Source: Lama glama (taxonomy: Eukaryota). Taken from it: DNA of 64,000 bases. The position numbers were made by a program, and so were the translations under genes. Below the pieces are notes generated by a model. The model was not told the DNA's origin. It saw only the letters and a program-made list of their open reading frames with translations, and searched no databases. Shown here piece after piece: positions 38,905 to 52,159 of this stretch; the first letter of the stretch is position 1; each line of letters opens with the position of its first letter. The stretch covers positions 45,820,001 through 45,884,000 of the forward strand of contig CM052816.1 of the NCBI GenBank assembly GCA_028534125.1. The letters run 5' to 3'.

Positions 38905-39700
38905 CCAGCAAAGCTATTCCTCTCATCGTCCCATCTCAGTTAATGGCACCGCCGTCTACTATAGCTAGAACCCTCTGAATCATCCTTATTCCTTCCTTTG
39001 CCTAACCCTGCCTTCCTTACCTAGTTAGCCAAGTTCCATCGATTCTTTCTCTTAAGTATTTCTTCATTTTGTATCCTTGTCCTCATTGCCACTGCTTTAT
39101 TTTGGATATGACTGCTTCTGAAACATTATTCTTCCTTCTTCATGTTCCTTACCGAGTACCATAAGTTAGAGGCAAAAGAATGTTAGTGTGTAAGCTCTCA
39201 ATGCTGACGACAAGGGCCTTATTCATTATTTTCTAGGTGTACCTGCCTGTCAGTTGGTCTCCCCAGTTCTATTCTGTCCACACTGCCAGAGGTCCTCTCT
39301 GAAATCAGGAGGTTGATGTCTTAGAATCTGCTGTACTACCATTTACATAATCTCCAGTGCCTTCTGGGAGAACAGCATTCATCATGATCAAAGCCTCCCC
39401 AGTCTTTCCTCCACAAACCCTGCCACCTTCATCTCTTCTCATCTCCCACATGCCCCCTACGCTTCAGCCACAAGGAGCTTCTCACCATTCTCTGAATATG
39501 CCACTCTTTCAAGCTCTGTGTTTTCCCATATGCTGTTTCTTTTCCTGGAGTGCCCTTCCCTTCTTTCTCTACATGGTAAACTCCCACTCATGCTGCAAGA
39601 CCCAGCTCAAATGCCATCTCTCCTCTGAAAACTTCCTCGCTCCGGAAAGGAGAATTCCCATTCAGGGATCTATTGACTTTTTCTGGACATTTCTTTTAAG
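38905..39700 (+). mobile_element. L2 fragment
   Basis: cccatctcagttaatggcacc...ccacactgccagagg...cctggagtgcccttccc...aactcccactcatgctgcaagacccagctcaaatgccatctcctctgaaaacttcc. Confidence 0.8.
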
Positions 39701-39709
39701 ATAATTGTA

Positions 39710-40070
39710 GCTAGTGCCACCCCCAGACCTGGGAAAGAGTGGGCCTGAGTTAAAGGTTTCTAACACTTATGCAGCTAGGAGAGGTCCATGTGGTCAGAGG
39801 GATGTGCTATCCAAAATCCTAACCCCTGCCCCTTTCTAAATTATGCTCTGAATACATGGTACCACAAAACTCTCTACTCAAATGGCCCCAGTCTTATCCC
39901 TCAAACTGCCAAGAGTCCTTTCCCTGGGTCTTTGCATCTGATTTGTTGATGTGGAACCCCTAGATCTGAAGTATGGGGGGAATGTTGTTGGAGCTTGGAT
40001 TTGTTGCCTAAGGTGTCCATACACATGTGCCCTAGTCCCCTCAAGGTGAGAGACAGCTAAGAGTGAGACA
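39710..40070. mobile_element. Possible ancient hAT-Tip100-type DNA transposon fragment
   Basis: ggtgtccatacacatgtgccctagtcccctc resembles a recalled FordPrefect/MamTip-type motif; family uncertain. Confidence 0.3.
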
Positions 40071-40088
40071 GTGAAAATCAGTCTTTAG

Positions 40089-43000
40089 CAGTATTAAAAG
40101 ATGGCAGCACAGGGGCCTTTTGAATTTCCGTTCCCACAGAGACACATCAGATGTACTGCTCCACACAGGACAAATCCCTCTGTGAGAAATTCAGAAGCTA
40201 GATGAGTGACTCCTACACACTGGGCAAATGAGAAAATACTCACACTGAAACAGGTAGGAAAGGCTGAGACACACTCTTGCCATGCATCCCACCCTTGGCA
40301 TACTGCTATACAATTGAGAGGGAACCCTCAGCAAATGGCTTCTCTCTGAGGAGTGAAGGGTTTGGACTGCACATCTAGTGCCCCGAATTTTAAGATCCCA
40401 CTCCATGGACAAATACCTGTTTGTTAAAGCTAAGAGGGCTTGCCTCCACAAGACCCACAGAACTGTAGCAAGCAAAGAAGCACTGCTTAGCAGGTGCACA
40501 AATACTCTCCATGACTACCCTTCTGGGGCTCAGGGCAGAGGAAGCAGTCAATAATGTCCATCTCCCAGTCTTTCTCTAGAAGGGGTTTGAATACATACTT
40601 TATAAGCTGCTGTCTGAGGTTCCAGCTTCTAATTTTCACCTAGGGGCTAGCTGTGTTTCTACCCAGAGACCAGGGGAAACCAATGGACACTGCCTCTACC
40701 TCTCCCTCTGGCTCACTCCAACAATAAAACCAAGTTACCAGTATGAGCTAGTCCACACATCTAGTATCCCAGATTTTATGGCTGTCACTCAAAGGATGGG
40801 CCCGCTAAATCACCTGATAGCCAGTGGGGCTTGCGTTCATGATCTACACAGGACCATAGCAAAAAAAGAAGCAGATTTTAAATGGGAACTGGAGTACCCC
40901 TTTTCCCTGAACCCCTACAGTTATACACCTGGGCTCAGTGCAGAGAGATGTGGCAAAAACTTGCATATCTCCCTGTTTCTCCCTGGAAGAGGCTTCACTA
41001 TGTACTTTCCCAGCTGCTACCTGTGACTTTAACTTCTCATCAGTCTACATCTATGTGCTGACTGAGATCCTGTCCTTTGGGACACTGATGGGTCTTGACA
41101 CATCATCAACTACTTAACTACTAGACAAAAGTTTATATAAGCTTAATGGTAACCACATAGCAAAAACCTGTAGCAGATACACGGTAGAGGAAGAGAAGGA
41201 ATCTAAGCATACCACTGTAGAAAATAGTCAAGTTACAAAGGAAAAGAGCAAGAGAGATAAAAAGAAAGAAAGGAAGGAACTATGAAACAGCCAAAAAACA
41301 GTGAAGAAAAATGGCAATAGCAAGTCTATACCTTTCAACAGTTATTTTAAATATGAGTGGACTAAATTCTCCAATCAAAAGGCGAAGAATAGATTGAAAA
41401 AAAAAAAGACCCAACTATATGCCTATAAGACAATCACTTTAGCTTTAAAAATGCACATAGAATGAAAATAGAGGGACAGAAAAAGCTATCCATGCAAATG
41501 GAAGTGAAAAAAAAGCAGGGGTAACTATTCTTATATCAGACAAAATGGATTTTAAGCCAAAGACGAACAAGAGACAAAGAACTTCATTATATAATAATAG
41601 TGGTCAATTTATCAAGAAGATATAGTCATTGTAAGTATTTATGCACCCAACCGCAGAGCATTTAAATATATAAAGCAAAAATTAATAAGTCTGAAGTGAG
41701 AAACAAACTAGAAAGACAATGGAAAAAGACAATGAAACTAAGACCTGTTTTGTTTTGTTTTTTTTCAAGATAAAGAAAATTGACGAATCTCACCTAGACT
41801 TACCAAGATAAAAAGAGAAGAGGGGAGGGTTTAGCACAGTGGTAGAGTGTGTGATTAGCATGCATGAGGTCCTGGGTTCCAGCCCCAGTACCTCCATTAA
41901 AATAAATAAACTTAATTACCTCCTTCCCCCCAAAAAACCAAAATAATAAAACAATTTTTAAAAAAGATAAAAGACTTGAATAAAACTAGGAATGAAAGAG
42001 GAGATAGTATAGCTGATAACACAAAAATACAAAAGATTGTTAAGAAACTCCTGTGAATAGTTATATGCCAAAAACCTGGACAAACTAGAAAAAGTAAGTT
42101 CCTTAAAAACTAAAACTTACCAAGAATGAACCATGAATAAATGGAAAATCTAAAGAGACCAATTACTAGTAAAGAAATTGAATCACTAACAAAAACTCCT
42201 AACAAAGTCCAGTACCAGATGGCTTCATTGGTGAATTCTACCAAACATTTAAAGAATTAATACCAGTCTTTCTCAAACTCTTCCAAAAAATGAAACTCAT
42301 TTTATGAGGCCAGTATTACCGTGAGACAAAAATCAGACAAAGGCACTAAAAGAAAAGAAAACCAAAAGCCAATATCCCTTATGAAAATAGATACAGAAAT
42401 CCTCAACAAAATATTAGCAAACCAAGTTCAACAATACATTAAAAAAAATCATACATCATAATCAAGTGGGATTTATTCCAGATGCAAGGATGGTCCAACA
42501 TATACAAATCAATCAATGTGATACACCACATTAACAAAATAAAAATATGGTTATCTCAGTGGATGCAGAAAAAGCATTTGACAAAATTCAACATCATTTT
42601 ATGATAAAAACTCTTAATGACCTGAGTATAGAGGGAATGTACTTCAACATAACAAAGGCCATGTAGGACAAGCCTATAGCTAACGCAGGTAACTCAGTGG
42701 TAAAAAGCTCAAGTTTTCCTTTTACAATCAGGAACAAGACAAGGATGTGCATAGTCTCCACTTTTATGGAATGTAATACTGGAAGTCATATCCAGGTCAT
42801 TTAGGCAAGAAAAAGAAATAAAAGGCATTCAAATCAGAAAAGAAGAAATAAAGTTATCTGTTTGCTAATAACATGATATTATATATAAAACCTTTGAAGA
42901 CTCCATCAAAAAAAAAACTATTGTAACTAAAAAAATGAATTCAGTAAAGTTTAAGGGTACAAAATCAATACATAAAAATCAGTTTCTATACACCAACAGC

Positions 43001-44466
43001 AGATTATCAGAAAGAAAAATTAAGAAAACAACACCATTTACATTAGCAATAAAAGAGAAGAAAATACTTAGGAATAAATTTAACTAAGGAGGTGAAAAAC
43101 CTGTACATTGAAAAATATAAGACATTTGATAAAAGAAATTGAAGAAGACACAAATAAATGGAAGGATATTCCTGTGTTCATAAATTGGAAGAATTAATAC
43201 TGTTAAAATGTTTATGATACTGAAGGCAATTTACAGATTCAATGCAATCCCTGTCAAAATTCCAATGGCATTTTTTCATAGAAATAGAACAAACAATACT
43301 AAAATTTGTATAAAATTACAAAAGACCTCAAACAGCTAAAGTATTTTTGAGAAAGAAGAAAGCTGGACACATCACACTTTCTGATATCAAACTATATTAC
43401 CAAGCTATACTAATCAATACAGTATGGTACTGATGTTAAAAACAGACTCAGGAATCAATGGAACAGAACAGAGAGCTGAGAAGTAAAATCATGCATATTT
43501 GGTCAATTAAGTTTTACCAAAAGAGTCAAGAATATACCATGGGGGAAGGATAATCTTGTCAATAAATGGTTTTGGGATAATTGGACAGTTACACACAAAT
43601 GAATGAAACTGAATGCCTATCTTATGTCATGCACAAAAACAATAAACATGGATTAAGACTTGAACATAGGATGTGAAACCAAAAACTCCTGTAAAATAAC
43701 ATGAGAAATAAATTCCTTGACATTAGTCTTTAGCAATGAATTTTTGGAATTGACACCAAAGCAAAGGCTACAAAAGCAAAACTAAATGAGATTAGACCAA
43801 ACCAAAAATCTTGTTCACAGCAAAGAAAACCATCAACAAAATGAAAAGGCAATCTGTGCAACAGGAGAAAATATTTGCAAACCACGTATCTGATTAAGGG
43901 TTAATACCCAATATATACAAGGAACTCTTACAATTCAATAACAAAAACAACAAATACACAATTAAAAAGTGGGCAAAGCACTTGAATAGATATTTGTCCA
44001 AAGAAGACATACAGATGACCAACAGATATAGGAAAAGGTGCTCTCTGTCATTAATTATAAAGAAATACAAATTGAAATCACAATAAAATACCATCTGACA
44101 TCCTGTTAGGATATCTGTTATTGAAAAGACAAGTGGTAACAAACACTGTTGAAAACATGCAGAAAAGAGAACTCTTGTACACTATTGGTAGAAATGCAAA
44201 CTGGTACACCCACTATGGAAAACAGTGTGGAAATTCCTCAAGAAATAGAAAATGAAACTATCATATGATCCAGCAATCTCACTTCTGCATATATATTCAA
44301 AGGAAATGAAACTGGTATCCTGAAGCAGTATCTCTACCCTCATGTTCATTGCAGCATTATTCATAATAGCCAAAGTATAGAAACAACCTACCTGTCCTTC
44401 ATTGGATGAATAAATAAAGAAGCTGTGGTAGATATATACAATGGAATATTATTCAACGATAAAAAA
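40089..44466 (+). mobile_element. L1 (L1M2/L1M3-age): 5' UTR, ORF1 deleted, disrupted ORF2, 3' UTR missing
   Basis: YY1-like AAGATGGCAG about 10 nt from the start. ORF2 starts at 41311 MAIASLYLSTVILNMSGLNSPIKR (endonuclease N-terminus). RT region includes atctcagtggatgcagaaaaagcatttgacaaaattcaacat ([14 protein letters not shown]), with the catalytic FADD decayed to FANNMILY at about 42860. Many frameshifts. Confidence 0.95.
41822..41965 (+). mobile_element. tRNA-Ala-derived SINE (camelid Vic-1-type) inserted in L1 ORF2
   Basis: ggggagggtttagcacagtggtagagtgtgtgattagcatgcatgaggtcctgggttccagccccagtacctcca, then ttaaaataaataaacttaattacctcc and an A-rich tail; A box tagcacagtgg, B box ggttccagccc. 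Confidence 0.9.
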
Positions 44467-45699
44467 TAAGGCCTTAGTCCTCACAATCAAAGTCAGGTCT
44501 CAGGAAAGAAAGGGAAACTCATAATAATAGCAGCTTCATTTTTTCATCCATTTACTTATTCGTTGATTCTTATTACTCTATAATGCATCTGTATTTTAAT
44601 AAGATTAAAACTAAAGAAATTGCATTGCATAAGTGGCATTTTAGAACTTCCAGTGTAGGGTACAGGAGTTGAAATGATGAAGAAAAGCAAGGAGTCTAGT
44701 TCAAGGGGTGAGTGAGTTTATGACATCTTGATATCCCAAGATATAAATGTCTTACTGTGCTGCCTAGGAAACGGTGTGCCATGTACATTGGATGATCCTG
44801 TCATCTTTAGTGTTTCATGTTCATTCATCGTGAGTCTTAAGAGTATGAAGTTGTAAAATACATTTCTTTGAGGAAGAAATCATCTTAGTTGCAAATTACT
44901 ATAAATGTTAATAGCCATACATAAGGATCAAAGCAATTAAAGTGGAATCTTTTATCATCATCTCACAATGTGCAACTCTGAGATGATACTGGTAGTAAAG
45001 TCTTTTAGGAATTTTGTCAATAATGTGACAGGAAGTTCTGTCTTACTAGACACCTAAAAGCTAGAGAAAAGAAAGGAATGTTTTATTGGGATGAGATTGA
45101 ATGGAGAAATAAAAATCTTTTTCATTTGTTATAGCCCTTTTCTTTAAATGTATTTATAAATATGCTTTCTTATCCCTATAAATTTAGAATCAACATGATT
45201 CGGACTTTGATGATTGAGGATATATCATGGTACTCAAGATTACCACTGAAAATGTGAAGTTTTCCTGATACATTTGTGGGCTATACATGTAGCAGGTATA
45301 GGAGGTTGAGCTGACTGATTATTGACATGAAAATGTTCCTTGGAAATTATGTGCTGATATCATTTGGTTTTATCAGTATTTTTCTCTTTTTTATAAAAAA
45401 AAATAGAGTGCTTAAGCATGAAGGTAGCTCATAATTATAGGTGATAATAATCAAGTAATTGAGAAATGGGTATGTATATGTATGTATCTATGCACACATA
45501 TGTTTCTTTTATACAGTGTCTAGCTTGGTATGCTGTATATAGCATGCATGAAAATTGTTTCCTGAAAGACGTATGCTGTCCCATCAATGTGGGGTCAATT
45601 CTTGTCCCAGTGGTACCAAAAGCATCAAATCTTGATGATTGCCAGTGTCCAAAGGAAATTCTTTCTAATTCATGCTTTTGACAAGCTCTGCTCAGAAGA

Positions 45700-45920
45700 A
45701 CATGACATTTAGACCTGGGTTCAAATTTTTGTTCTACCACTTACTCATTTTTTGGCTTTGAGAAAGTTACTGAAATCCACTGACTCTCAATGCTCTCATC
45801 TATAAAACATCATGTAATATACACTTCATAATGTTTTCCTGAGGAGTAACCAAGATAACATGTGTAGAACAACTGAAGTGGTGTCTGTCTGGAGTAGATG
45901 TGTAACTGCTGTTAACTCTT
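45700..45920 (+). mobile_element. MIR
   Basis: agacctgggttcaaatttttgttctaccacttact...ctctcaatgctctcatctataaaa...aagataacatgtgtagaac. Confidence 0.85.
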
Positions 45921-46145
45921 TTCCATTTTTGTTCTTCCACAGAGATGGCTGAACATGCATCCTAAGGCATCATGACCTTTGTTTATCATATGCTATTTCA
46001 GGTTTAGTGCAGTAGAGCATTTGGGGGCCATAGGATCTGTTTCAGAGCTAACTGCGCTGCAATTTTTATACTGTCACTTTTAAAATTGTATATTGTTCCT
46101 GCATTGTCAGAGTTCCATTCATAATTTTCTAAAGTTTTTATTGTC

Positions 46146-46637
46146 TTTTTTTTTTGCTTTTTTAAGCTTTATTGAGGCATAATTGACAGATCAAGTGTAC
46201 AACATGGTAACTGGATATATGTGCAAATGTGAAAGGATTCCCACCATCGAGTTAACATATTCATCATCTCACATATTCACTTTTTTCCCCCTGATTAGAA
46301 CACTTAAGTTCTACTCTATTAGCAGATTTTAATTATACAATATAGTATTATCAACTATATTCATCACATTATACATTAGATCCTCAGAACTTATTCATCT
46401 TACAACTAAAATTTGTACCCTTTCACCAGCTTCTTCCCATTTCCTCTACCTCCCAGCCCCTGGCAGCTACCACTCTATCTATTCTTTGAGTTTTACTACT
46501 TTTTAAAAAATTCCACGTATGATACCATGCAGCATTTGTCTTTTTTTTTTTTCTTTGTCTGGTTTATTTCACTTAGCATAATGCCCTCCAGTTTCATCCA
46601 TGTAATTGCAAATGGCAGGATTTCCTTTTTGTTTTAA
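46146..46637 (-). mobile_element. L1 3' UTR fragment (L1MA9-like)
   Basis: poly-T, gctttattgaggcataattgaca...tgtgaaaggattcccaccatcgagttaac...tacattagatcctcagaacttattcatctt...gcaaatggcaggatttcc. Confidence 0.9.
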
Positions 46638-47272
46638 CAGAATTAATCTTGTTTCTCAAATAAGTCAGGCTAGATTAAAAATAAGGAAAATTCTTGGGGA
46701 CATGGATTCACAGAAAGGGTAGTTTGGGATTATTTGAAAATCATCTGGCCAGTCATTCAATTTTTCAAAAGTTCTGACCTAGGTGAACATTTCTATTTCA
46801 TATATGGTTATAGATCAAACATTAATTTTGGCAAATGTATGCCATTTGTTCAAGGGGGAGGGGGTGTCTTCTGGTTGGGGAAACCTCAAGCGTCGTCCTC
46901 TTGGATTAGGACACTTATCCTTTACTAAATCTAGTGTCTCTGTACCTAACTTCTATTCCTCCTTCACCAGAAAGATACAAAGTCCTTTGATGTTTCTCTC
47001 TTGGGTCCATGAGGGAACACGTTGAAGGGAAGGAGTACAAAATAGAGGAGCCCTTGTATTGTCATCCTCTTGCAGTCTCTTCTCAATCTCCTCTTACTCC
47101 CTTCTCCCTTGTCTTTTTAAATGGAATTAGCAAAGTGTCTTTCAATCACTCTCTTGTTTTCTCTCTCTCCCTAAGAAACAAAGAAAATACCAAAAAGGCC
47201 TCTGGGTTTAAATTCATTTAATAGATGACATTTCTCATTCAATTGCTAACTGAACCACGTGGCAAATGAACG

Positions 47273-47635
47273 TGTCTAGGTTTGGTCTGCTGTAACAATA
47301 CCATAGACTGCATGTCTGCAGCAGCAGAGATTTATCATTTGTTCCTCACAGTCTGGAGCTGATATGTACAAGATAAAGGCGGCAGACTTGGTTCTTGTTG
47401 AGGGCCATCTTCCTGGCATGCTGACAGGCGCCTCCTTTTATCCTCACGTAGTGGAGAGGAAGCTCTGGAATCTCTCTTCTCACAAGGGCAGTAATCCCAT
47501 TATGGAAGCTCGACCCTCATTGTCTCATCTAAAGCCAGTTATCTCCCAAAGGCCCCATCACCTAATATCTTCATGTTAGAGGTTAGGGCCTCAACATATT
47601 AATTTTGGGGGAACACAATCATTTAGTCCATAACA
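47273..47635 (-). mobile_element. MLT1A0-like MaLR solo LTR
   Basis: TG...CA ends; ctgctgtaacaataccatagactg...ctcccaaaggcccc...ggttagggcctcaacatattaattttggggg...agtccataaca; degenerate 5-bp TSD GAACG/GAGCA. Confidence 0.9.
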
Positions 47636-48084
47636 GAGCACAAGTCCTGAATTCTCATGGACATGGAGTTAGTAATGTCCTGAGAAATGTGTCTCATTTA
47701 CATTACTTTTTCTATTATTAATAGGACTTCTTTGTTTCCCAAGTGTTGAAGTATATAGATTTCCTCTTTCCTTGTTCCACTTTCAGCATCCAGTGGTTAG
47801 TTTGGGTACTTACAGAATTATATTGTGCTATGAATTTTGTTTTTATTTCATTTTCCTAGCCCTCTTTATTTTTCCTTCTGAAAATCTTTAATGATTTTGC
47901 TTTTCCTTTTCTGTTTATTCTTACACTAAAGCTGTTTTTCGTAAGGGACAGTTGTCAGTCTTGACCAGTATTCTGTTTGATATGGTGTCACTGAAGGATA
48001 GTAAGCCTTGCTTATGAATTAATTACCTAAGAATCTATTTCAAATCTTTGAAACTAAAGTTTAATGATAGAATTTAAAATCTTA

Positions 48085-48235
48085 AATAGTTTTTAGAACT
48101 CATTAATTCGACATTAGTTGTATAGACGAGGACCCCAAAACTCAGAGAAATAAAATGACTTTCCAATCATCATATACCAGGTTTAAAATTCAATTCTACT
48201 GGTTTCAGGGCCATGTTCTTTCCCTTGTCATTATT
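48085..48235 (-). mobile_element. MIR fragment
   Basis: ttgtatagacgaggaccccaaaactcagagaaataaaatgactttccaatcatcatatac. Confidence 0.55.
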
Positions 48236-48604
48236 GCAGTATTTTGTTTCTCCAAAACAATGTTTCTCTTCAAAAATTGGCTCCCACTTCTATTAGGAAG
48301 CATTGAATTAAGTCTGAAGTTTAGGTGCAGTCCTGCCTGGGTAGATCAGGTTGGACTACCATTTGAGTGTGCTTTGAGCTTAAAATAAGTCAAGGCTAAT
48401 GAAAATCATCCAGTGGACCTAAAAGCAATTTAGCAATTCTTTTCTGTTTTTGCTTTGGTTTTTAAAAAGAATCTGTGTGTGTGGGGAATTCTGAGCAGAT
48501 CTAAAACAGGCAGTTGCTTGTATTTTCCATAGCCATGTTTGAAATATCAGATATGACTGATAAAATGCAACCAGTTTTGTTTTCCATTGCATGGGGGTAT
48601 GGGA

Positions 48605-48800
48605 CACACACACATTTTTATTTATGTAGATAAATGTGTATATACATTACATGTATAGAATATGTAATATTTTATATACATGTGTATGCATGGTATATAA
48701 TACATAAATATGTACATGTATATACATGTATGTGTATATACATATGAGTATATGTGCATATACGATATTTTTTTATATATATATACATATATATATTTTT
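48605..48800. repeat. AT-rich low-complexity (TA/TACA/TG) tract
   Basis: Mixed TA, CA and TG dinucleotide runs, including the palindrome TACATGTATATACATGTA at 48713-48730. Confidence 0.85.
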
Positions 48801-49269
48801 TTAAGATCCTGAGCTATGTTTGAATCAACATCAACTAACTCTAAACCCTATGAGATACAGCAGAAACAAAAGGTGGAGGAGACATTTGGCTCATGCAAAT
48901 TCACTTAGCTAAACTAGTGGTGGGCCAGTTATTATCACATAGGAATTAATCCGGACTAGGTATAGGTTCAGCCTCGTTGTCCCTTTTACCCTCAATCCAA
49001 ATTAGCCCCTCATCTCTGAGTTAGGGCTATACAATAAGTACTTCCAATTTTGTGATGATGCAAGTGAGGACTTTGGAGCAGGGATCTAAAAAACATTGCA
49101 TTTCAGAAGTAAATGCTTAGGAAATTTCAGTACAGCAGTGGTTTAGAACCTGATAGATTTGGTGGCTATTATAGAGTGCTTATTCAAATAGATAACTCTC
49201 CAGGGGTGGGTAGTGAGTGTGAAATTGTTCAGTTAATTCTTTTTCTCTTTGATTTATTTCTAACCTAAT

Positions 49270-49670
49270 TTTCTCCCTCGCCCCTCTTGTTTACCTCACT
49301 CCAGCTATATTGGCCTCCATATTGCTGTATGTTCCCTTTTCTGGGATTATTCCCCCAAAAGATCACATAGTTTGTACTCTCACTTATTTTAGGTGTCTGC
49401 CCAAGAGTCACTTCCTGAGGGAAGCCTTTGTTGACCAAACTTTCTAAAGCAGCACTCCAACACTCTAATTCCTTCATGCTTTATGTTTTTTTTCATAGCA
49501 TTTTTCACTAACAAGTTTTAATATTTTTTGTTTGTTTGTTTTTGTCTGTCTTTCTGGTGAATTGTAAGTTGCATGGGAAGGGAGAGTTTACTTATTCTCT
49601 GCTTGTCTCCAGGGCCCAGAATGGTACCTGTACTAAGTCCTCCAAAAGACATTTTTAAACAGATGAATGA
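49270..49670 (+). mobile_element. L2 3' region (L2a-like)
   Basis: cactccagctatattggcctcc...gtcacttcctgagggaagccttt...ttgtaagttgcatgggaaggga...ccagggcccagaatggtacctg...gatgaatga. Confidence 0.8.
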
Positions 49671-51004
49671 TTTCGGGCATTACGCAGTTCCCCTTCAGAG
49701 AGCATCTTCCACATGTGAAGGCCGTGTGCCTTTGAGGAATGCTGGTCATGAGTTGGGATATCCATTCTTTTTCCAAAACTTCATTTTCTTTCAAAGAAGT
49801 TGAATCTGAAGAATTTTGTAACTTTGGATTCAGTTTTTACTATCAAATTAAAGCTAAAAATGCTGCCAGGAAGGAGGGAAAGCCAGATTGGAGGGGGAGG
49901 AGGCGAGAGGTAGAAGAAGGGGAAGCAGAGAGCTGGGGGAGGAGATAGCTGAAAGATCCAGGAAACCTGAGGAGAGGCAACAAAACCAATTAAAGTTAAT
50001 GAACTACAGCTAAGCTTTTTATTTTAGTTGTTTTCCCCCTCCCACCCTCCCCACCAGTAAACCAGCCTCAACTTGGAACTATTTTTCTTGGAGAGACACT
50101 TTTAAAAAGCAGATATTTCTTCCATACCCTCACGCTCAGAAAAAAATAATATGACACTTTAATCAACAAAAGCATGAGGGTGTGTTTTGTGCAGCTAGTG
50201 GATTTGTCCCTTGGCCTTCAGCCTTGGTTCTGCCACCCACTGAATTCTGGCAAAATCCCAGAATGTCACACATCTTGTTCTCCTCTGTCTTCACATAAGC
50301 TGAGAGAAAGTCGGCCCTACTGAGTAGTTATCTGGAGACAGGAGGCGGAGGTCCAATTGTAGTATCTAATATTAGAAATAGAGACGCCTCCAATGGTTTT
50401 TGGCAGACTGAGCCTAGAAAGAGTGGCTCTGGCTCTCCCACTCAAATGTCTTAAATAGTTTATATATCTGTTTGATTAATTTGGCTGGAAACCTGACTGC
50501 AGTTAATGTATTAGGTATAAAAGTTTAGAGGAAGATTCTTATCTCAATTATACCCATTCTCTAGAATAACTTAATCTCTTCAGACAGCTATGTTTAACTG
50601 ATGAGTGCTGATAATAATGAAATACTGTTTATTGTCATATTTATTGAGTGTTATTACCCACCCCCCTGAATTTGAATATGAATGAAATATACTTCACAAA
50701 CATTTTCTATTCATTCAATATTTTGGCCAAATATCACATTCAAATTTATGAATCAACTCTGAAACCAAAAAAAGTGGTATAAACAGATCTAGCTTACTTT
50801 AAAAGATGTTTAGACTCTAAGCTTCTGACACTCAGGTTTCTCATTTGAAGTATGCTTTCAAGTACTCTGATTTTCACAGTCATCTCTTCTTCAGCCTACT
50901 GACTTCACCTGAGGCTTGAAATCAGAATTTCTGTCTCTCAGCTTCCATTTAATTCCATTTATTCCTTTTTGGTTTCCCAAATGATAGTATGTTTGTCTTA
51001 TTTA

Positions 51005-51235
51005 GTAGAATTTATGAATCATAGAAGTAAGAGTAGCCTTACTGAATATTTGGCTGGATGCTGACCCATCTCTGTCTCCCCGTTTTCTTTTCCACACTTG
51101 AAAAAAGGTGCTCACTATTGCTTGAGGCATTCCTTCCTTTGTTGGCAAACCCTAGTAATTAGAAAGGAACTTCTTGTGTTGACTAAAAGCATGTATTTTG
51201 GAACTTCTGTTCATTTTACGCCATCAGTTTTGCTC
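51005..51235 (-). mobile_element. L3/CR1 3' fragment
   Basis: ggtgctcactattgcttgaggcattccttcctttgttggcaaaccctagtaattagaaaggaacttcttgtgttgactaaaa. Confidence 0.6.
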
Positions 51236-52159
51236 ATTTGGTCATTCATTCATTCACTCACTCATTTATACATAAACTCAATAATGATTTAATTATTAAG
51301 ATTCTATCAGAAATGGAGGCTATATTAGGTCATGGCCCTAGGATATCACATTAGTCTGTTCTGTTACACACTTTCTTTTTTTGGCAACGGTGAGAAAGAA
51401 AACTATGCTTGTAAATATAAATATCCTTGCTTCAACTTTTGCTGACACAGTATAATTTAAAATTCTATTCTGTTTCTGGTCACTATCTTCCCCAAAAGCC
51501 TTTGCATGTCACTGCCTCTTTCAAAATGTGCACTCAACTATGAGAGGGATTTTTTACATTTAAAAAACAATAAAACTGTTAACTCCCACATTTGAACACA
51601 TGCTTTCTCTTAAGATTACTTTTTTCTACATATACTTCAGTGTTGGTCATTATTTACTTATTATCTGAAAGCTTTAGATTTTGAAATAAAGATGCAGTAC
51701 AATTAGGTCAACAATTCTCCATCATGTAGTTGGATGTGTTGGGGGGTACGGTTGGTGGAGAGAGACTGACTCAACTTTTCTTTTTATATTTTCCCCATAT
51801 TAAGGTTTATCTTGTCGAAGAATTATTCTTCCTGCATCCGTTTATCACTTGTTTTAGTATAAACAGTTGCAATCTTTACAGAAACTAATTGGAAACTATA
51901 GAGGAAGAGCTGATCATATGATCCAGGAAATGTTATATGGGAAATAAACGGAAAATGAGATTTATGATTTATACACAAAATCGTTCAGTGTTTTTTATGA
52001 CAACAAAATTTGAAATTAATTGCTAAGCTGTTTACTACTATTGTCAAAAATATTTAATGACATATAGGTTACTATCATTGTAATTTTAAGTGAAGAAATA
52101 CCCAGTTCTATCTAGAGTAACTTTCATGAGTTTAAGAGTTTTTATCTATACTACTTATA

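Noticed and set aside
41822..41895. Possible tRNA-Ala gene
   Set aside because: Disrupted stems, a SINE tail and insertion within L1 show that it is a SINE.
41311..44466. Functional L1 ORF2
   Set aside because: Multiple frameshifts, stops, internal deletions, a SINE insertion and a mutated catalytic motif (FANN).
48713..48730. 18-bp perfect palindrome
   Set aside because: By-product of the TA/CA low-complexity tract.
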